This document shows positions 1 through 9,938 of a DNA stretch of 64,000 nt, one piece after another. Each line of letters begins with the position of its first letter. Positions within the stretch are counted from its first letter, which is position 1. The notes beneath the pieces were generated by a model. The model ran no database searches. It saw only the letters and a program-made list of their open reading frames with translations, and was not told where the DNA came from. Origin of the DNA: Longimicrobiales bacterium (GTDB lineage: Bacteria; Gemmatimonadota; Gemmatimonadetes; Longimicrobiales; Gaopeijiaceae); contig OZ242947.1 in the NCBI GenBank assembly GCA_965211645.1, positions 2,459,864 to 2,523,863 of the forward strand. Reading direction: 5' to 3'. The translations under genes and the position numbers were made by a program.

Positions 1-1100
1 TGCTCCAGCCCGTCGGCGACCTCTTCATCAACCTGCTGGTTCTGGCGGCGGTCCCGCTCGTCTTCTTCAACCTGCTCGCCGGGCTCACCGCGCTCGCCGA
101 CGCGCGCACGCTGGGGCGGCTCGCCGGGAAGACTGTGGGCTACTACCTGACGACGGATCTGGTCGCGCTGTCGCTGGGGATCGGGGCCGCGATGCTGCTG
201 CGTCCCGGCGCCGGCATGCAGCTCACCGAACAGGTGGCGGGGCCAGTGGCCGAGGTGCCGGGGGTGGCGGAGATCCTGCTCGACATGATCCCCACCAACG
301 TCTTCCGCGCGTTCAGCGACGGGAACGTGGTGCAGCTGGTCGTTCTCGCGCTGCTGCTGGGGGTGGCGACGATGGCGCTGCGGGGCGGCGCGCGCGAACG
401 CCTCGCCACCGCCTACGAGGACCTCGCGAACCTCTTCCGGCGCCTGGTCCATCTCATCCTGTGGACGGCGCCAGTGGGGATCGGCGCCCTCATCGCGGTG
501 ACGGTGGGGCGCTACGGGGCTGAACTGCTCGGGCCGATGGCGCGCTTTCTGGGCGGCCTGTGGGCGGCGCAGCTCGTGATCTTCGCCGGGTACATGACGC
601 TGCTGCGCTTCTTCAGCGATTTCCGCCCGGGCCGCTTCCTGCGCGATACGGGTTCCCTGTGGGCCACCACCGCGGCCACGACGTCGAGCCTGGCATCCCT
701 CTCTGTCGGGATCGAGACGGCGCGCAGGCTCGGCCTGCCCCGCGGCGTGTACTCGTTCACCCTCCCCCTCGGGGCACAACTCAACAAGGACGGGACGGCA
801 GCGATGCTGGGCGCGGTCCTCATCTTCACCGCGCAGGCGGCGGGGGTCGCCTTCACGCCGGCCGATTTCGTCGCGATTCTGCTGCTGGGGCTGTTGCTGT
901 CGGAGGGGTCCGGAGGGATTCCCGGCGGAGGATTCGTGATCGCGCTGATTTACGTGCAGGCGTTCGGGCTGCCGATCGAGGTCGCGGCGATCGTGGGCGG
1001 GATCTACCGGCTGGTCGACATCGGCAACACGACTATTAATATCATGGGAGACATGGTGGGGACGTCGCTGGTGGCAAGGTCGGAGGCGAGACGAGAGTGA
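1..1100 (+). CDS. dicarboxylate/amino acid:cation symporter (DAACS/GltP-type), 5' end outside window
   Basis: The frame is open from nt 3 (LQPVGDLFINLLVLAAVPLVFFNLLAGL) into the listed 135..1100 ORF. Multi-TM protein with GIPGGGFV and NTTINIMGDMVG blocks typical of the family. Confidence 0.8.
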   Translation, partial: LQPVGDLFINLLVLAAVPLVFFNLLAGLTALADARTLGRLAGKTVGYYLTTDLVALSLGIGAAMLLRPGAGMQLTEQVAGPVAEVPGVAEILLDMIPTNVFRAFSDGNVVQLVVLALLLGVATMALRGGARERLATAYEDLANLFRRLVHLILWTAPVGIGALIAVTVGRYGAELLGPMARFLGGLWAAQLVIFAGYMTLLRFFSDFRPGRFLRDTGSLWATTAATTSSLASLSVGIETARRLGLPRGVYSFTLPLGAQLNKDGTAAMLGAVLIFTAQAAGVAFTPADFVAILLLGLLLSEGSGGIPGGGFVIALIYVQAFGLPIEVAAIVGGIYRLVDIGNTTINIMGDMVGTSLVARSEARRE

Positions 1101-1166
1101 ACCACGCGAATACTGTGAACGCGGCGGCCCGGCGGCTGGGCGCAAGGGTCAGGAGGCGAATGCCCC

Positions 1167-2345
1167 ATGAATCCTGAAATCCGAGCGCTGTTCCCCGGCG
1201 CCGGCGAGCAGGTCTACCTCGACATCTCCGCGCGTGCGCTCGTGCCGGAGCCGGTGCGCGCGGCGATCGCCGACCACCTGCGGATGAGAATGCTGCGCGG
1301 GGGGGACAAGGACGCCATGCGGGCGGTCGTCGAGCGGACGCGGGAATCGTTCGCCGGGCTGATCGGGGCTCGCCCGGACGAGATCGCCATCACGAAGAAC
1401 GTGTCGGAGGGGCTGAACCTCTTCGGCACGAGCCTGCCGTGGGAGGCGGACGACAACGTGGTGCTGTGCCCCGCGCTGGAGCACCCCAACAACATCTACC
1501 TGTGGCACAATCTGGCCCGGCTGCGCGGGATCGAGGTGCGCGAGGTAGCCCCTGACGGCGGCCACGTCCCGGTCGAGGCGATGGAAGCGGCGATGGACGA
1601 ACGCACGCGGCTCGTGACCATCCCCAGCATCTCGTTCGCACCGGGGTTCATCACCGATGTGAAGCGGATCGTGGCGGCGGCCCGGCGCGTGGGGGCGGTG
1701 ACGCTGGTCGACGCGGCTCAGTCGATCGGAGTCCTGCGCACCGACGTCGAGGAACTCGGTATCGACGCGCTGGCGGTCGCCACGCAGAAGGGCCTGCTGG
1801 CGGAGTACGGTTTCGGTTTCCTCTACGTCCGGCGGGAACTGGCCGACACGCTGGTTCCGGTCCACCTCGCCCGCTTCGGCGTGGCCCTGGACGCTCACGA
1901 GACCGAGTACGTGGACGGCGAGCTGCGGTACGCGCTCGGCGCCCTGCGGTTCGACATCGGCAACTACAACTACCTGGGCGCGGCGGCCGCCGGAGCGGCG
2001 CTTGACCTGCTCACCGAGTGGCAAATCGGCCGCATCGAGGCGTTTGTCCGCCATTTGGCGGCGTTTTTGGCGGACAAACTGCTCGATCTGGGGCTGCCGG
2101 TGGCCGGCGGACGTGCCGGACCGCACCTGGCGCACATCGTCTGCGTCGGGAAGAGCGGCGGCGGCAGACACTACGCGGTCGACGATCCGGAGATGAAGTC
2201 GCTGCACGATCACCTGCGGGCCTCCGGGATCCGGCTGGCGATCCGAAGCGGGACGCTGCGCTTCTCGGTGGGGGTCTACAACAACGAGGATGATGTCGAG
2301 CGGGTGGTGGCGGCGGCGCGGGAGTGGCGCCGGGCGAGGGGCTAG
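1167..2345 (+). CDS. aminotransferase class V-fold PLP-dependent enzyme (cysteine desulfurase-like)
   Basis: 392-aa ORF. N-terminal YLD..A....P, ITKNVSEGLN and LVDAAQSIG...DALAVATQKGL (PLP-Lys region) resemble NifS/CsdA-like enzymes. Confidence 0.75.
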   Translation: MNPEIRALFPGAGEQVYLDISARALVPEPVRAAIADHLRMRMLRGGDKDAMRAVVERTRESFAGLIGARPDEIAITKNVSEGLNLFGTSLPWEADDNVVLCPALEHPNNIYLWHNLARLRGIEVREVAPDGGHVPVEAMEAAMDERTRLVTIPSISFAPGFITDVKRIVAAARRVGAVTLVDAAQSIGVLRTDVEELGIDALAVATQKGLLAEYGFGFLYVRRELADTLVPVHLARFGVALDAHETEYVDGELRYALGALRFDIGNYNYLGAAAAGAALDLLTEWQIGRIEAFVRHLAAFLADKLLDLGLPVAGGRAGPHLAHIVCVGKSGGGRHYAVDDPEMKSLHDHLRASGIRLAIRSGTLRFSVGVYNNEDDVERVVAAAREWRRARG

Positions 2346-3430
2346 CGCGACTCGCTCCACTGCGCCCGGCCGTCGCGGACTTCCAGCCGCGTCCCAAAGG
2401 CGGCCGACATCGACGCGAACCGCTCCACGATGGCCGTGCCCTGTTCGCCCTCGGCAACCTCCGGATATCCGCGCAGTTCGAAGAACAGCTCGTCCTCGAT
2501 CCCCTCGTTGAGCGCGACCGGGGTGAAGACCGCCTCGCGCACTCCGTCGGGGTCCAGCGAGAGCGTGGCGACAACACTCTCCCAGGCCTCGGGCGGGTAG
2601 TTCCCGACCTCCGTCCTGGTGTGGAAGATGAAGTTGCCCAAGCCATAGAGGATGAGGCCGCCGCGGTACTCCTCGATGCCGGCCAACCGGGGTTCTCCGT
2701 GGCTGATGTACAGGTCCGCACCCGCGTCGATCGCCGCTCGGGCCCATCGCTGCTGCCAACCTTCCGGTGCGTCGGCCTGGAAGTGCTGGTAGGCGATAGC
2801 GATGTCGCTGCCGGCGGCGGCCCTGCGGATCGCTTCGATGTTGAGTTTCCAGGCCGCCTCGTCGTCGGGCGCCATCATGTTGACGCCGATCCCGGTGTCC
2901 GTCGCCCCGGCCTCCGGAGGCGCGTTGACCGTCGCGACGGCCACCAGCCCCACGCGCAGACCGCCCACCTCGCGGTAGGCCGGCGCCACCGCGTGCTGCA
3001 GGGTACGCCCGGTACCCGCGTAGGTGAGCCCGCGCCGGGCAGCCTCCTCGAACGTCGACACGACACCCTGGGGTCCGTAGTCCCACGAGTGGTTGTTGGC
3101 GAGCGAGAGCATCGAAACCCCGATCCCGGACAGGTAGTCGAGCACCTCGGGCCCGGCGCCATGGAAGTAGATGTCGTCGCGGGTGGGCTCGCAGTGACAG
3201 CCCGGTCCCGCGATTGCGACTTCCAGATTCGTGAAGACCGCGTCGGCCGCGTCGAGGATGGGGACCACGGTCGCGAGCGGCGAATCGAGGAATTGCCGGG
3301 GATCGTGCTCGATCAGCGCCTGGCCGACGACGGCGAGCGTGGCCGAGGGGCCGGTCGCGTAGCGATCGTCGCCTGCCGGCGCGTCACAGGAAACAAGGAG
3401 GGCGGAGGCGACGACGAACAGGCGTTTCAT
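2342..3430 (-). CDS. CapA-family (poly-gamma-glutamate synthesis-like, metallophosphatase fold) lipoprotein
   Basis: Start chosen at MKRLFVVASALLVSC (ATG 3430) inside the 404-aa ORF. FTNLE, LSLANNHSWDYG and LYGLGNF motifs. A 4-nt overlap with the stop of the convergent aminotransferase gene. Confidence 0.7.
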   Translation of the reverse strand: MKRLFVVASALLVSCDAPAGDDRYATGPSATLAVVGQALIEHDPRQFLDSPLATVVPILDAADAVFTNLEVAIAGPGCHCEPTRDDIYFHGAGPEVLDYLSGIGVSMLSLANNHSWDYGPQGVVSTFEEAARRGLTYAGTGRTLQHAVAPAYREVGGLRVGLVAVATVNAPPEAGATDTGIGVNMMAPDDEAAWKLNIEAIRRAAAGSDIAIAYQHFQADAPEGWQQRWARAAIDAGADLYISHGEPRLAGIEEYRGGLILYGLGNFIFHTRTEVGNYPPEAWESVVATLSLDPDGVREAVFTPVALNEGIEDELFFELRGYPEVAEGEQGTAIVERFASMSAAFGTRLEVRDGRAQWSESR

Positions 3431-3517
3431 TGGGCGGCCTCCGGTTGCTTGCCCGCGAACTGTCTTCTGCGGCACAATGTAGTCCGTTGGCAAGGGAGTA
3501 GCGAAGGAGGCAAATCG

Positions 3518-4000
3518 ATGAGCGAGATCACACTCACGGTCAACGGCGAGAGGCACACGGTCGACGTCGATCCGTCTACGCCGCTGCTGTACGTGCTGCG
3601 CAACGATCTAGGGCTGCGCGGGCCCCGCTTCGGCTGCGGTCTCAGTCAGTGCGGCACGTGTACGGTGCTCATGAACGGCAACGCGGTGCGCTCGTGTTCG
3701 CGGCCGGTGTCGCGCGCCCAGGGGACCGAGATCACGACGCTGGAGGGGCTCTCCGCCGACGGCGAACTCGATCCCGTCCAGCAGGCGTGGATCGACGAGC
3801 AGGTGCCGCAGTGCGGGTACTGCCAGAACGGCCAGATCCTCACGGCCAGGGCGCTGCTCGACAACAATCCGAGCCCCAGCGACAACGAGATTCGCGAGGG
3901 GATGAACCGCGTCCTCTGCCGCTGCATGACCTACTATCGCATACAGGCGGCCGTGAAGCGCGCGGCCGTGGCGATGGCGGACGGGGAAGCGGAGCGATGA
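3518..4000 (+). CDS. (2Fe-2S)-binding small subunit of a molybdopterin oxidoreductase (IorA/aldehyde oxidase type)
   Basis: GAAGGAGG sits 7 nt upstream of ATG 3518. CGLSQCGTCTV, CGYCQNGQ and LCRC cysteine clusters. Confidence 0.85.
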   Translation: MSEITLTVNGERHTVDVDPSTPLLYVLRNDLGLRGPRFGCGLSQCGTCTVLMNGNAVRSCSRPVSRAQGTEITTLEGLSADGELDPVQQAWIDEQVPQCGYCQNGQILTARALLDNNPSPSDNEIREGMNRVLCRCMTYYRIQAAVKRAAVAMADGEAER

Positions 4001-6393
4001 GGGCCGAGCACCAGCTCCCGACCGATGTCGACCGCGCCCTCGCGCCCTGGGACGGCACCTCCTCCCGCCGTGACTTCCTCAAGACTTCGGGCCTCTTCGT
4101 CCTCGGCTTCACGGGCTTCGGCGCGGTCGGCATGCGCCGCGGCGTCACTGGCGACGATCCCGACGAGCCTCCCCTCTATCCCGACCCCGACTTCCTCCAG
4201 CTCGACTCCTGGCTGGTGGTCAACGAGGACGGCACCGCCACCTTCTACGTCGGCAAGACCGACGGCGGCCAGGGCACCGGCACCGCCACCCGCCAGGTCA
4301 TGTGCGACGAGCTCGACATCGCCTACGACATGGCCACCCTGGTCATGGGCCGCACCGACAGGACCGTCGATCAGGGCGGGTCGGGAGGTTCCGACGCGAT
4401 CGAGCGTGATGCGATGGTGGCCCGCCGCGTGGCGGCGGAAGGGCGGCGGGTGCTGCTCGAGATGGCCTCGGAGCGCCTGGGCGTCCCCGTGGGCGAACTC
4501 GACGTGAGCAATGGCGTGATCTCGGTGCGGGACGACCCCGACCGAACCGTCCCCTACGGCGAGCTGGTCGGCGGACGCCGATTCGACATCGCCCTGACCG
4601 GTAACAACGTCAACGCGACCACCGGCGTCGCGAGCGTGAAGCCCGTCCAGGACCTCAAGCTGGTCGGGCAGTCGATCCCCCGGTACGACATCCCCGGCAA
4701 GGTCGACGCGTCGCTCCAGTGGGCGGTCGACGTGAAGCTTCCGGGGATGGTGCACGCGCGCAATGTGCGGCCCCCGTTCGCGGGCGCGACGCTGGTCGGT
4801 GTGGACGAATCGTCGGTGCGGGATCTTCCCGGGTTCATCCGGGTCGTGAGCTGGGGCAACTACGTCGCGGTGGCGTGCGAGCGCGAGGAGCAGGCCATCG
4901 AGGCGGCGGATCGGCTCGTGGTGCAGTGGGAGAGGCCGGCGGCGGCGCCCTTCCCCAGCTCGGAAGACCTGTTCGACTACATGCGGAGCGCGGCTCCGGT
5001 GGGTGTGCCCGGCGGCGGGCGTCCGCCACCGCGGCCCGTGGGCGATCCGGAGGCGGCGCTGGCCGAGGCCGCAACGGTCGTCGAGGCCGCCTACGACGTG
5101 CCATTCCAGGGACACACAGCGATCGGTCCCGCGCACGCCCTGGCCGACCCCTCCGACGACCAGATGACCATCTACACGAACGACATGAAGCCGTACAGCC
5201 ACCGCACCGGAATCGCCGAGTTCCTGGAACTGCCGCCGGACCGCGTGCGAGTGATCTGGATGGACGGCCCGCAGCTGTACGGCCGCACGGCAGCGGACGA
5301 CGCGGGTTTCGAGGCCGCCTACCTGGCAAAGGAGCTCGGCCGTCCCGTGCGCGTGCAGTGGTCCAGGGAAGAGGAGACGGCCTGGGACACCAAGGGCCCC
5401 GCCTTCGCCTTCGACCTGCGCGGCGGGCTCGACGCCGAAGGCAACCTGATCGCGCTGGACTACCGCGCCCGCATCGCCAACTACGCGCACGTCGGCTACA
5501 ACCAGGCCCGGACGGTGCTCGTCGCCCAGCTCATGGGGCTGCGTCCCGCGCGGCCCTCGCCCGGAGGCGGCCGGGGACCCGACGACATGTACTACATCCC
5601 GAACCGGCGCCAGGAGACGCTTCCGGTCCGATTCCCGCAGGCATTCGAGACGCCGCTCCGCACCGGCAATCTGCGCGATCCCAACGGGCCGCAGACGACC
5701 TTCGCCGGCGAGTCATTCATCGACGAGCTGGCCGCGGTCGCGGGCACCGATCCGGTCGAGTTTCGGCTGAGGCTGCTGCGCGGCTCGACCGAGGACGACG
5801 AGGCCTACCGACGCGCCCGCTCGATCGCGGTGGTGGAGGCGGCTGCCGAGGCGTATGGCTGGGACCCGCGGCCCTCGCCCAAACCGCTGGGGAGCGAGCG
5901 AATCCTCACAGGCCGCGGCATCGCCTACGCATACCGGGCCCGCACCACGGTCGCCACGATCGCCGAGGTCGAAGTCGACCGCGAGACCGGGCGCGTCTGG
6001 GTCCGGCGCATGGTGTGCGGGCACGATTGCGGGCTCGTCATCAACCCGGACGGGCTCGAAAGCACCGTTCAGGGCAACCTGCTGCACGGGATCAGCCGCA
6101 CCCTGTACGAAGAGGTGCAGTTCGACAGCGATAAGGTCACCAGCGTGGACTGGCACACCCACCCCACGCTCACGCACACCGACACGCCCGAGCACATCAA
6201 CGTCGTGATCGTGAACGGCGACCCGAACCCGGACCGTCCCGACCTGCTCCCGTACGGCGCGGGCGAGCCTTCCCACCGGACCGTGCCCGCAGCCATCGCG
6301 AACGCGATCCACGACGCGACGGGAGTTCGCATGCGGCGGCTGCCGCTGCGGCCCGAGCGGGTGTCGGCGGAGTTGGAGCACGCGGGCCTGTAG
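3997..6393 (+). CDS. molybdopterin-binding large subunit (IorB / xanthine dehydrogenase family), Tat-exported
   Basis: ATGA overlap with the upstream subunit. SRRDFLKTSGLFVLG twin-arginine signal. About 800 aa, with family-typical length and C-terminal GAGEP block. Confidence 0.8.
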   Translation: MRAEHQLPTDVDRALAPWDGTSSRRDFLKTSGLFVLGFTGFGAVGMRRGVTGDDPDEPPLYPDPDFLQLDSWLVVNEDGTATFYVGKTDGGQGTGTATRQVMCDELDIAYDMATLVMGRTDRTVDQGGSGGSDAIERDAMVARRVAAEGRRVLLEMASERLGVPVGELDVSNGVISVRDDPDRTVPYGELVGGRRFDIALTGNNVNATTGVASVKPVQDLKLVGQSIPRYDIPGKVDASLQWAVDVKLPGMVHARNVRPPFAGATLVGVDESSVRDLPGFIRVVSWGNYVAVACEREEQAIEAADRLVVQWERPAAAPFPSSEDLFDYMRSAAPVGVPGGGRPPPRPVGDPEAALAEAATVVEAAYDVPFQGHTAIGPAHALADPSDDQMTIYTNDMKPYSHRTGIAEFLELPPDRVRVIWMDGPQLYGRTAADDAGFEAAYLAKELGRPVRVQWSREEETAWDTKGPAFAFDLRGGLDAEGNLIALDYRARIANYAHVGYNQARTVLVAQLMGLRPARPSPGGGRGPDDMYYIPNRRQETLPVRFPQAFETPLRTGNLRDPNGPQTTFAGESFIDELAAVAGTDPVEFRLRLLRGSTEDDEAYRRARSIAVVEAAAEAYGWDPRPSPKPLGSERILTGRGIAYAYRARTTVATIAEVEVDRETGRVWVRRMVCGHDCGLVINPDGLESTVQGNLLHGISRTLYEEVQFDSDKVTSVDWHTHPTLTHTDTPEHINVVIVNGDPNPDRPDLLPYGAGEPSHRTVPAAIANAIHDATGVRMRRLPLRPERVSAELEHAGL

Positions 6394-6415
6394 GCAGCGT
6401 CCGTCTCGAGCAAAC

Positions 6416-6444
6416 TGGACATTTGAAGTGACTGGTCATATAAT
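6416..6444 (+). promoter_or_regulatory. putative sigma70-type promoter of the phd-vapC module, embedded in operator-like repeats
   Basis: TGGACA (6416..6421), 17-nt spacer, TATAAT (6439..6444). The 8-bp inverted repeat CTGGACAT (6415..6422) / ATGTCCAG (6462..6469) spans the start codon. GACATTT occurs twice. Confidence 0.35.
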
Positions 6445-6461
6445 ACGGCCAGACATTTAAC

Positions 6462-6746
6462 ATGTCCAGTTTATCGGAGCGTGGAACCGTGAAGAACCAG
6501 ACAATCTCGGGGAGGGCTTCGGCGCTGCCGCAGACGATTGGGGCCGCCCGATTCAAGGAGCAGTGCCTGGCGTTGCTGGACCGGCTCGGTCCTGATGGTT
6601 TGGTGATCACCAAGCGGGGCAAGCCGGTAGCGCGGGTGTTACCCTACGATCGCGATTCGGCCAGCCTGATCGGCAGCCTGCGGGACAAGGTCAAGGTGAA
6701 GGGAGATATCATGTCCACCGGGATTCGCTGGGACGCGGAGTGCTGA
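6462..6746 (+). CDS. Phd/YefM-family type II antitoxin
   Basis: 94 aa. FKEQCLALLDRL...LVITKRGKPVARVLPY core. Overlaps the PIN toxin start. Confidence 0.65.
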   Translation: MSSLSERGTVKNQTISGRASALPQTIGAARFKEQCLALLDRLGPDGLVITKRGKPVARVLPYDRDSASLIGSLRDKVKVKGDIMSTGIRWDAEC

Positions 6747-7102
6747 ACCTCGACACGCACATCCTGATCTACGCCCTTCAGGGAGAACTGAAGAGCAACG
6801 AGGTAGAACTGCTCGCCGGGGACCAGTGGTCGGTCTCCGCCATCGTTCTCTGGGAGATCGCGAAACTCGTCGAACTGGGACGGATCGAGGTGGACCTCGA
6901 CGACCGGCAGGTGCTACGAACCCTGAGCCGGATCCACAGGTGGCCGATCGACCTGGCCGTGGCCCGCGCCTCCACGAGACTCGATTTCAAGGGTGACCCG
7001 GCGGACGAGATCATCGCGGCCACGAGCGTCGTGCACGGTGTCCCTCTCGTCACACGCGACTCCGTGATCCGCGGGTCGCGCATCGTGCCACTGGCCACAT
7101 AG
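6740..7102 (+). CDS. vapC: PIN-domain toxin VapC
   Basis: GTG start. LDTHILIYAL N-terminus, later D...E and TRD acidic residues. 120 aa, overlapping its antitoxin. Confidence 0.8.
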   Translation: MLNLDTHILIYALQGELKSNEVELLAGDQWSVSAIVLWEIAKLVELGRIEVDLDDRQVLRTLSRIHRWPIDLAVARASTRLDFKGDPADEIIAATSVVHGVPLVTRDSVIRGSRIVPLAT

Positions 7103-7148
7103 CGCACCGGCCGGGGCCACCCTACCATTGGGGTGACATCCCATCCCC

Positions 7149-9179
7149 ATGAACAGGAGTCCCCCAATGCGGCCCGTTTTGGTCATCGCCTCCGCCCTGC
7201 TCCTCGCTGCTCCCGCCGCGGCCGTCGCCCAGGATCGCCAGAACCCCGATGGCGAGTGGCGCTACCAGAGCGCGGACGCCTGGGGCACCCGGTATTCGCC
7301 CGTCGACCAGATCAACGCAAGCAACTTCGGCGACCTCGAGGTTGCATGGGTGTGGCACGCGAACAACTTCGGGCCCGATGTCGATCCGCAGATGAAGTCG
7401 ACCCCGACCTACATCGACGGGATGCTCTACACGGTGGCTGGGCAGCGCCGCACCGTCGCGGCGATCGACCCCGCGACCGGCGAGACGGTGTGGACCTACC
7501 GCGAGCCGAACACGATCCGCTGGGAGCGCTCGATGCGGCAGAACTACGGCAAGGGCGTGGCCTACGGCGAACTCGACGGGCGCGGCGTCATCTACTACAC
7601 GTCGCCCGCGTTCTTCCTGCATGCGCTGGACGCCAAGACCGGGCGGCACATCGAGGAATTCGGCCAGCCGGTCCCGATCGACGGCTTCCCGGAGACCGGC
7701 GTCGTCGACATGCTGCCGCCCCTTCTCGACGGCTGGGGTCCCTGGGAGGGCGCCGAGGAGGACTACGATCCCAACTACGGCATCCCGCGCGATCTCGGGT
7801 ACATCACGACGTCGTCACCGCCGATCGTGATCGACGGCGTGGTGGTCGTCGGCAACTCCGCCGAGCAGGGCTACTACCAGACGCGCATCGAGAACGTGCC
7901 GGGCGACATCCTGGGCTTCGACGCACGCACCGGGGAGCACAGGTGGAAGTTCCACGTCATCCCCCGCCCCGGTGAATTCGGTCACGACACCTGGGAGAAC
8001 GACGCATGGGAGTATACGGGTGACGTGTCCTCCTGGGCGCCGATGTCGGCCGACTACGAGCGCGGCATCGTCTACATCCCCACCAACCCGCCCACGATCG
8101 ACTACTTCGGCGGATTTCGCCCCGGCCACAACCTGTTCTCGACCAGCGTGATCGCCCTCGACGCATCGACCGGCGAGCGCGTGTGGCATTACCAGACCGT
8201 ACACAACGACCAGTGGAACTACGACCTGCCCAATGTGCCGATCGTCGTCGACCTGACCGTGGATGGCGCGGCGGTGCCGGCGGTGGTCCAGACCACCAAG
8301 ACCGGCCTCATCTTCGCCTTCAACCGGGAGACCGGCGAGCCGGTCTGGCCGATCGAGGAGGTAGAAGTCGTGCAGACCGAGGTTCCCGGGAACTGGACGG
8401 CGGCAACCCAGCCGGTGCCCACCTGGCCCGAGCCGATGGAGCCGATGGGCCTGTCCGACGACGATGTGATCGACCTCACGCCCGAACTCCACGCCGAAGC
8501 AATGGAGATACTTGGCCGCTACCGCGTGGGCGGCCCCTTCGTGCCCCGGCTGCATGAGGGCTACGACGGCCCCGTCGCCGAGAACATCCGCTGCTACGGC
8601 GGCCTCAACATCACCCACCCCGCCACCCTCGATCCCACGACGGGGATTCTGTACGCGTCGCACCGGCGCAACTGCAGCGGCGGGCGGGTCGGTCCCGGCG
8701 CCGACGCCGACGATCCGGACGATCCGGCGACCACCGGCATCACCATTTCCCAATGGGTCGCGGGCGCCGGTGGCGGGCTGCCGCGCGTCCAGGGCCTGCC
8801 GATCCCGAAGCCCCCGTACAACCGTCTCTCTGCATACGACATGAACACCGGCGAGCGGCTCTGGTGGATCCCCATCGGCGAGGTCGCCGAAGCGATTCGC
8901 GATCACCCGGCCACGCAGGGCGTCGACCTGTCACGCGCGGGGGGCGGCGGCCTCTCGATCCAGATGGTGGCGGGCGAACTGCTCTACACGACCGAGGGCG
9001 CCAACGGACCCCCGGTGCTGAACGCTTTCGACAAGATGACGGGCGAGCCGGTCGGCACCGTCGAGATGCCGGGCGTCGGGCAGTACGGGATGATGACCTA
9101 CAGCCACCAGGGGCAGCAGCACGTGGTGGTGCAGGTGGGGCGGCCGGGGCGGCTGGTGGCGTTGCGGTTGCCGGAGTAG
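7149..9179 (+). CDS. secreted PQQ-dependent dehydrogenase (quinoprotein beta-propeller)
   Basis: Signal peptide MRPVLVIASALLLAAPAAAVAQ. YSPVDQINASNFGDLEVAWVW and repeated W-containing propeller motifs. 676 aa. Confidence 0.8.
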   Translation: MNRSPPMRPVLVIASALLLAAPAAAVAQDRQNPDGEWRYQSADAWGTRYSPVDQINASNFGDLEVAWVWHANNFGPDVDPQMKSTPTYIDGMLYTVAGQRRTVAAIDPATGETVWTYREPNTIRWERSMRQNYGKGVAYGELDGRGVIYYTSPAFFLHALDAKTGRHIEEFGQPVPIDGFPETGVVDMLPPLLDGWGPWEGAEEDYDPNYGIPRDLGYITTSSPPIVIDGVVVVGNSAEQGYYQTRIENVPGDILGFDARTGEHRWKFHVIPRPGEFGHDTWENDAWEYTGDVSSWAPMSADYERGIVYIPTNPPTIDYFGGFRPGHNLFSTSVIALDASTGERVWHYQTVHNDQWNYDLPNVPIVVDLTVDGAAVPAVVQTTKTGLIFAFNRETGEPVWPIEEVEVVQTEVPGNWTAATQPVPTWPEPMEPMGLSDDDVIDLTPELHAEAMEILGRYRVGGPFVPRLHEGYDGPVAENIRCYGGLNITHPATLDPTTGILYASHRRNCSGGRVGPGADADDPDDPATTGITISQWVAGAGGGLPRVQGLPIPKPPYNRLSAYDMNTGERLWWIPIGEVAEAIRDHPATQGVDLSRAGGGGLSIQMVAGELLYTTEGANGPPVLNAFDKMTGEPVGTVEMPGVGQYGMMTYSHQGQQHVVVQVGRPGRLVALRLPE

Positions 9180-9194
9180 GGGGCGGGCGGGCCG

Positions 9195-9833
9195 TCAGCG
9201 CCCGAACACCATCACCCGCCACACCAGCCCATCGCGCAGGTAGCGGCGCGACAGCCCGTGCTCCACCAGCACGGCTTCGACCTCATCCGGATCGTGCACG
9301 TAGACGCGGAAGGGATGGCGCCTCAGCCGCTGGATCAGGTTCGCGACGCCGACGCCGAAGCGCATCAAACGGGTCCCGCGCGGGATGATCAGGCCCACCG
9401 TGCGTTGGGCGAGTGAGGCGGCGGCGCCCAGCATCGAGGGCATGTCGGGATAGCAGCACACGACCCGATCCAGGGTGACGATGTCGGCCTTGTCGAGCTC
9501 GGCCGCCCGCTCCACGAAGTCGCCGTTGACGTAGCGCATCCGCTTCGCGTAGCCGCGCGATTCGGCCTCGGTGCGCGCTGCCGCGAGGTATGCGGGAGAC
9601 GCGTCCGCACTGGTGCCACGCGCCGCGCCCCGGCCCATCAGGTCGTGCTGGATGGCCCCGACGCCCCCGCCGACGTCGATGAAGGTGCGGCCGCCAACGC
9701 CGCCGGCGGCGATCGCCTCCAGTAGCCGCCGCGTTGCCCTGGCCGGACCCTTGCGGCGATAGTGGCGCAGTTGGCGGCGCGCCATCCTGTCATCGAACAT
9801 CTGCTCGATTCCCTGGCACTGGCAGCAGGTCAT
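9195..9833 (-). CDS. class I SAM-dependent methyltransferase
   Basis: FIDVGGGVGAIQHDL glycine-rich SAM motif. Unusual N-terminal MTCCQCQG cysteine cluster. 212 aa. Confidence 0.7.
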   Translation of the reverse strand: MTCCQCQGIEQMFDDRMARRQLRHYRRKGPARATRRLLEAIAAGGVGGRTFIDVGGGVGAIQHDLMGRGAARGTSADASPAYLAAARTEAESRGYAKRMRYVNGDFVERAAELDKADIVTLDRVVCCYPDMPSMLGAAASLAQRTVGLIIPRGTRLMRFGVGVANLIQRLRRHPFRVYVHDPDEVEAVLVEHGLSRRYLRDGLVWRVMVFGR

Positions 9834-9938
9834 GGGCTGGTTTCCCGGAGGCGGAGAGGCGATATCTTGCAGAAGCTACGTTCCAGGACCGGCGCGTACC
9901 ACCGGCACCTCGATCACCGCGGGGGTTGGCAATCGACA

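Noticed and set aside
1149-3086. 645-aa minus-strand ORF, plus similar giants at 3934..5490(-), 10433..12316(-), 19656..21917(-), 27755..29914(+), 35836..37539(+), 39183..41327(-) and 50190..52181(+)
   Set aside because: These are Arg/Pro/Gly-rich low-complexity translations lying antisense to, or out of frame with, genes that have clear family motifs. They are typical shadow ORFs of high-GC DNA.
2324-4000. 558-aa plus-strand ORF
   Set aside because: Only the last 160 codons (from ATG 3518, preceded by GAAGGAGG) encode the 2Fe-2S subunit. The upstream part is antisense to the CapA-family gene.
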